NCBI GenBank assembly: GCA_900128395.1 | Contig: LT649246.1 | Coordinates: 44,346-64,345 of the forward strand | Source: Stramenopiles sp. TOSAG23-2 | Taxonomy: Eukaryota | DNA: 20,000 bases | Direction of reading: 5' to 3' | Part shown: positions 19,356 through 20,000 of the stretch, piece after piece | How positions within the stretch are numbered: position 1 is the first letter of the stretch | Layout of the letters: each line of letters begins with the position of its first letter | Notes under the pieces: model-generated | What the model saw: only the letters and a program-made list of their open reading frames with translations | The model's database searches: none | What the model was told of the DNA's origin: nothing | Position numbers and translations under genes: made by a program

Positions 19356-19691
19356 GATTCAATATTATCATTTGGTTGCAAAGGTATGGGAATGCAAGAG
19401 ACCCCATATTATTTTCCTATTGAACAAAAAGTTGGCACAATCACAATCATGGAAGGTTTAGCAGCAAATAATATGTTACATTGCATACGTTCCCGTGATA
19501 TTAAGCAAAAAAGTTTATCGATTATATTTAGACAAGTAACAGAAAAAGCAATAAAAGATATGCATTTGTTAAATTTAAAACGGGAAAGATGTAATATGTT
19601 AAAGGAGGATCATTTAATGCGTTGCATCACCACCGACGATACCATAGTACCAGATAAAAATAATAAATATACGAGTCGTAATATATTATAG
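19155..19691 (+). pseudogene. ALKBH5-like AlkB family 2OG-Fe(II) dioxygenase, C-terminal half only, disrupted by a 97-bp tandem duplication (pseudogene or misassembly)
   Basis: LVLNYY...GVHQDDTYLFSRPIISIRLFSDSILSFGCK...GTITIMEGLAANNMLHCIRSRDIKQKSLSIIFR matches the ALKBH5 pattern (HxD...RPIVSVSFFSDSALCFGCK...THCIR..DIK...IILR). HxD is at 19299-19307 and the distal His at 19479-19481. In the copy-1 frame there is no ATG between the upstream stop (19109-19111) and the domain. Confidence 0.72.
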
Positions 19692-19695
19692 TAAA

Positions 19696-20000
19696 ACATA
19701 ACATTTACAACATATTAAACTCTACAAAAAACAACCCGACGAGTACTATAGTATAGTAAACTTACCGAATATAAATTTTTATAAAAATACATTACATGCA
19801 ACTTTGTCACCTCCAGTGTAATCAGATAAGGACCAACGCCATTGGTACGATAATACAGACATAACATTTACAACATATTAAACTCTACAAAAAACAACCC
19901 GACGAGTACTATAGTATAGTAAACTTACCGAATATAAATTTTTATAAAAATACATTACATGCAACTTTGTCACCTCCAGTGTAATCAGATAAGGACCAAC
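19696..20000 (+). repeat. Perfect 163-bp-period tandem duplication (second copy runs off the window)
   Basis: 19696-19837 is identical to 19859-20000. Confidence 0.95.
19942..20000 (-). CDS. Possible 3' end of a minus-strand gene extending beyond the window
   Basis: This GC-richer stretch reads ...WSLSDYTGGDKVACNVFL* with TAA at 19942-19944. The longer copy at 19779-19859 reads SVLSYQWRWSLSDYTGGDKVACNVFL*. Confidence 0.35.
   Translation of the reverse strand, partial: WSLSDYTGGDKVACNVFL

Noticed and set aside
19155-20000. Direct repeats as a CRISPR array or LTRs
   Set aside because: They are head-to-tail duplications of 97 and 163 bp without spacers, internal element or target-site duplication. 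The context is eukaryotic with no cas or transposase genes.

Overview
This is an AT-rich, gene-dense eukaryotic (protist) window; stramenopile-like is my impression from gene content and style, not a proven assignment. The long genes appear to be intron-free. In order it contains: a 2337-aa TPR/Mlp1 nuclear-basket nucleoporin with FG-like motifs at both ends and a PAM2-like motif; an F-box-like protein; a membrane-anchored DUF547 protein; a broken ~10.8-11.9 kb segment (frameshifted secreted-type ORF plus a possible decayed PHD-finger gene on the minus strand); a 700-aa single-pass membrane protein with four short internal peptide repeats; a 589-aa protein built from two [MerT-like CC-containing membrane module + HMA CxxC domain] units; a second weak F-box-like protein; a small 4-TM protein ending in KKxx; and a 5'-truncated ALKBH5-like 2OG-Fe(II) dioxygenase interrupted by a 97-bp tandem duplication. 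A 163-bp tandem duplication runs off the window end. Intergenic DNA carries a recurring palindrome, TACCWGGTA. The best candidate for an undescribed system is the tandem MerT-HMA heavy-metal transporter-like protein. All family calls come from motif recognition by eye, not database searches.
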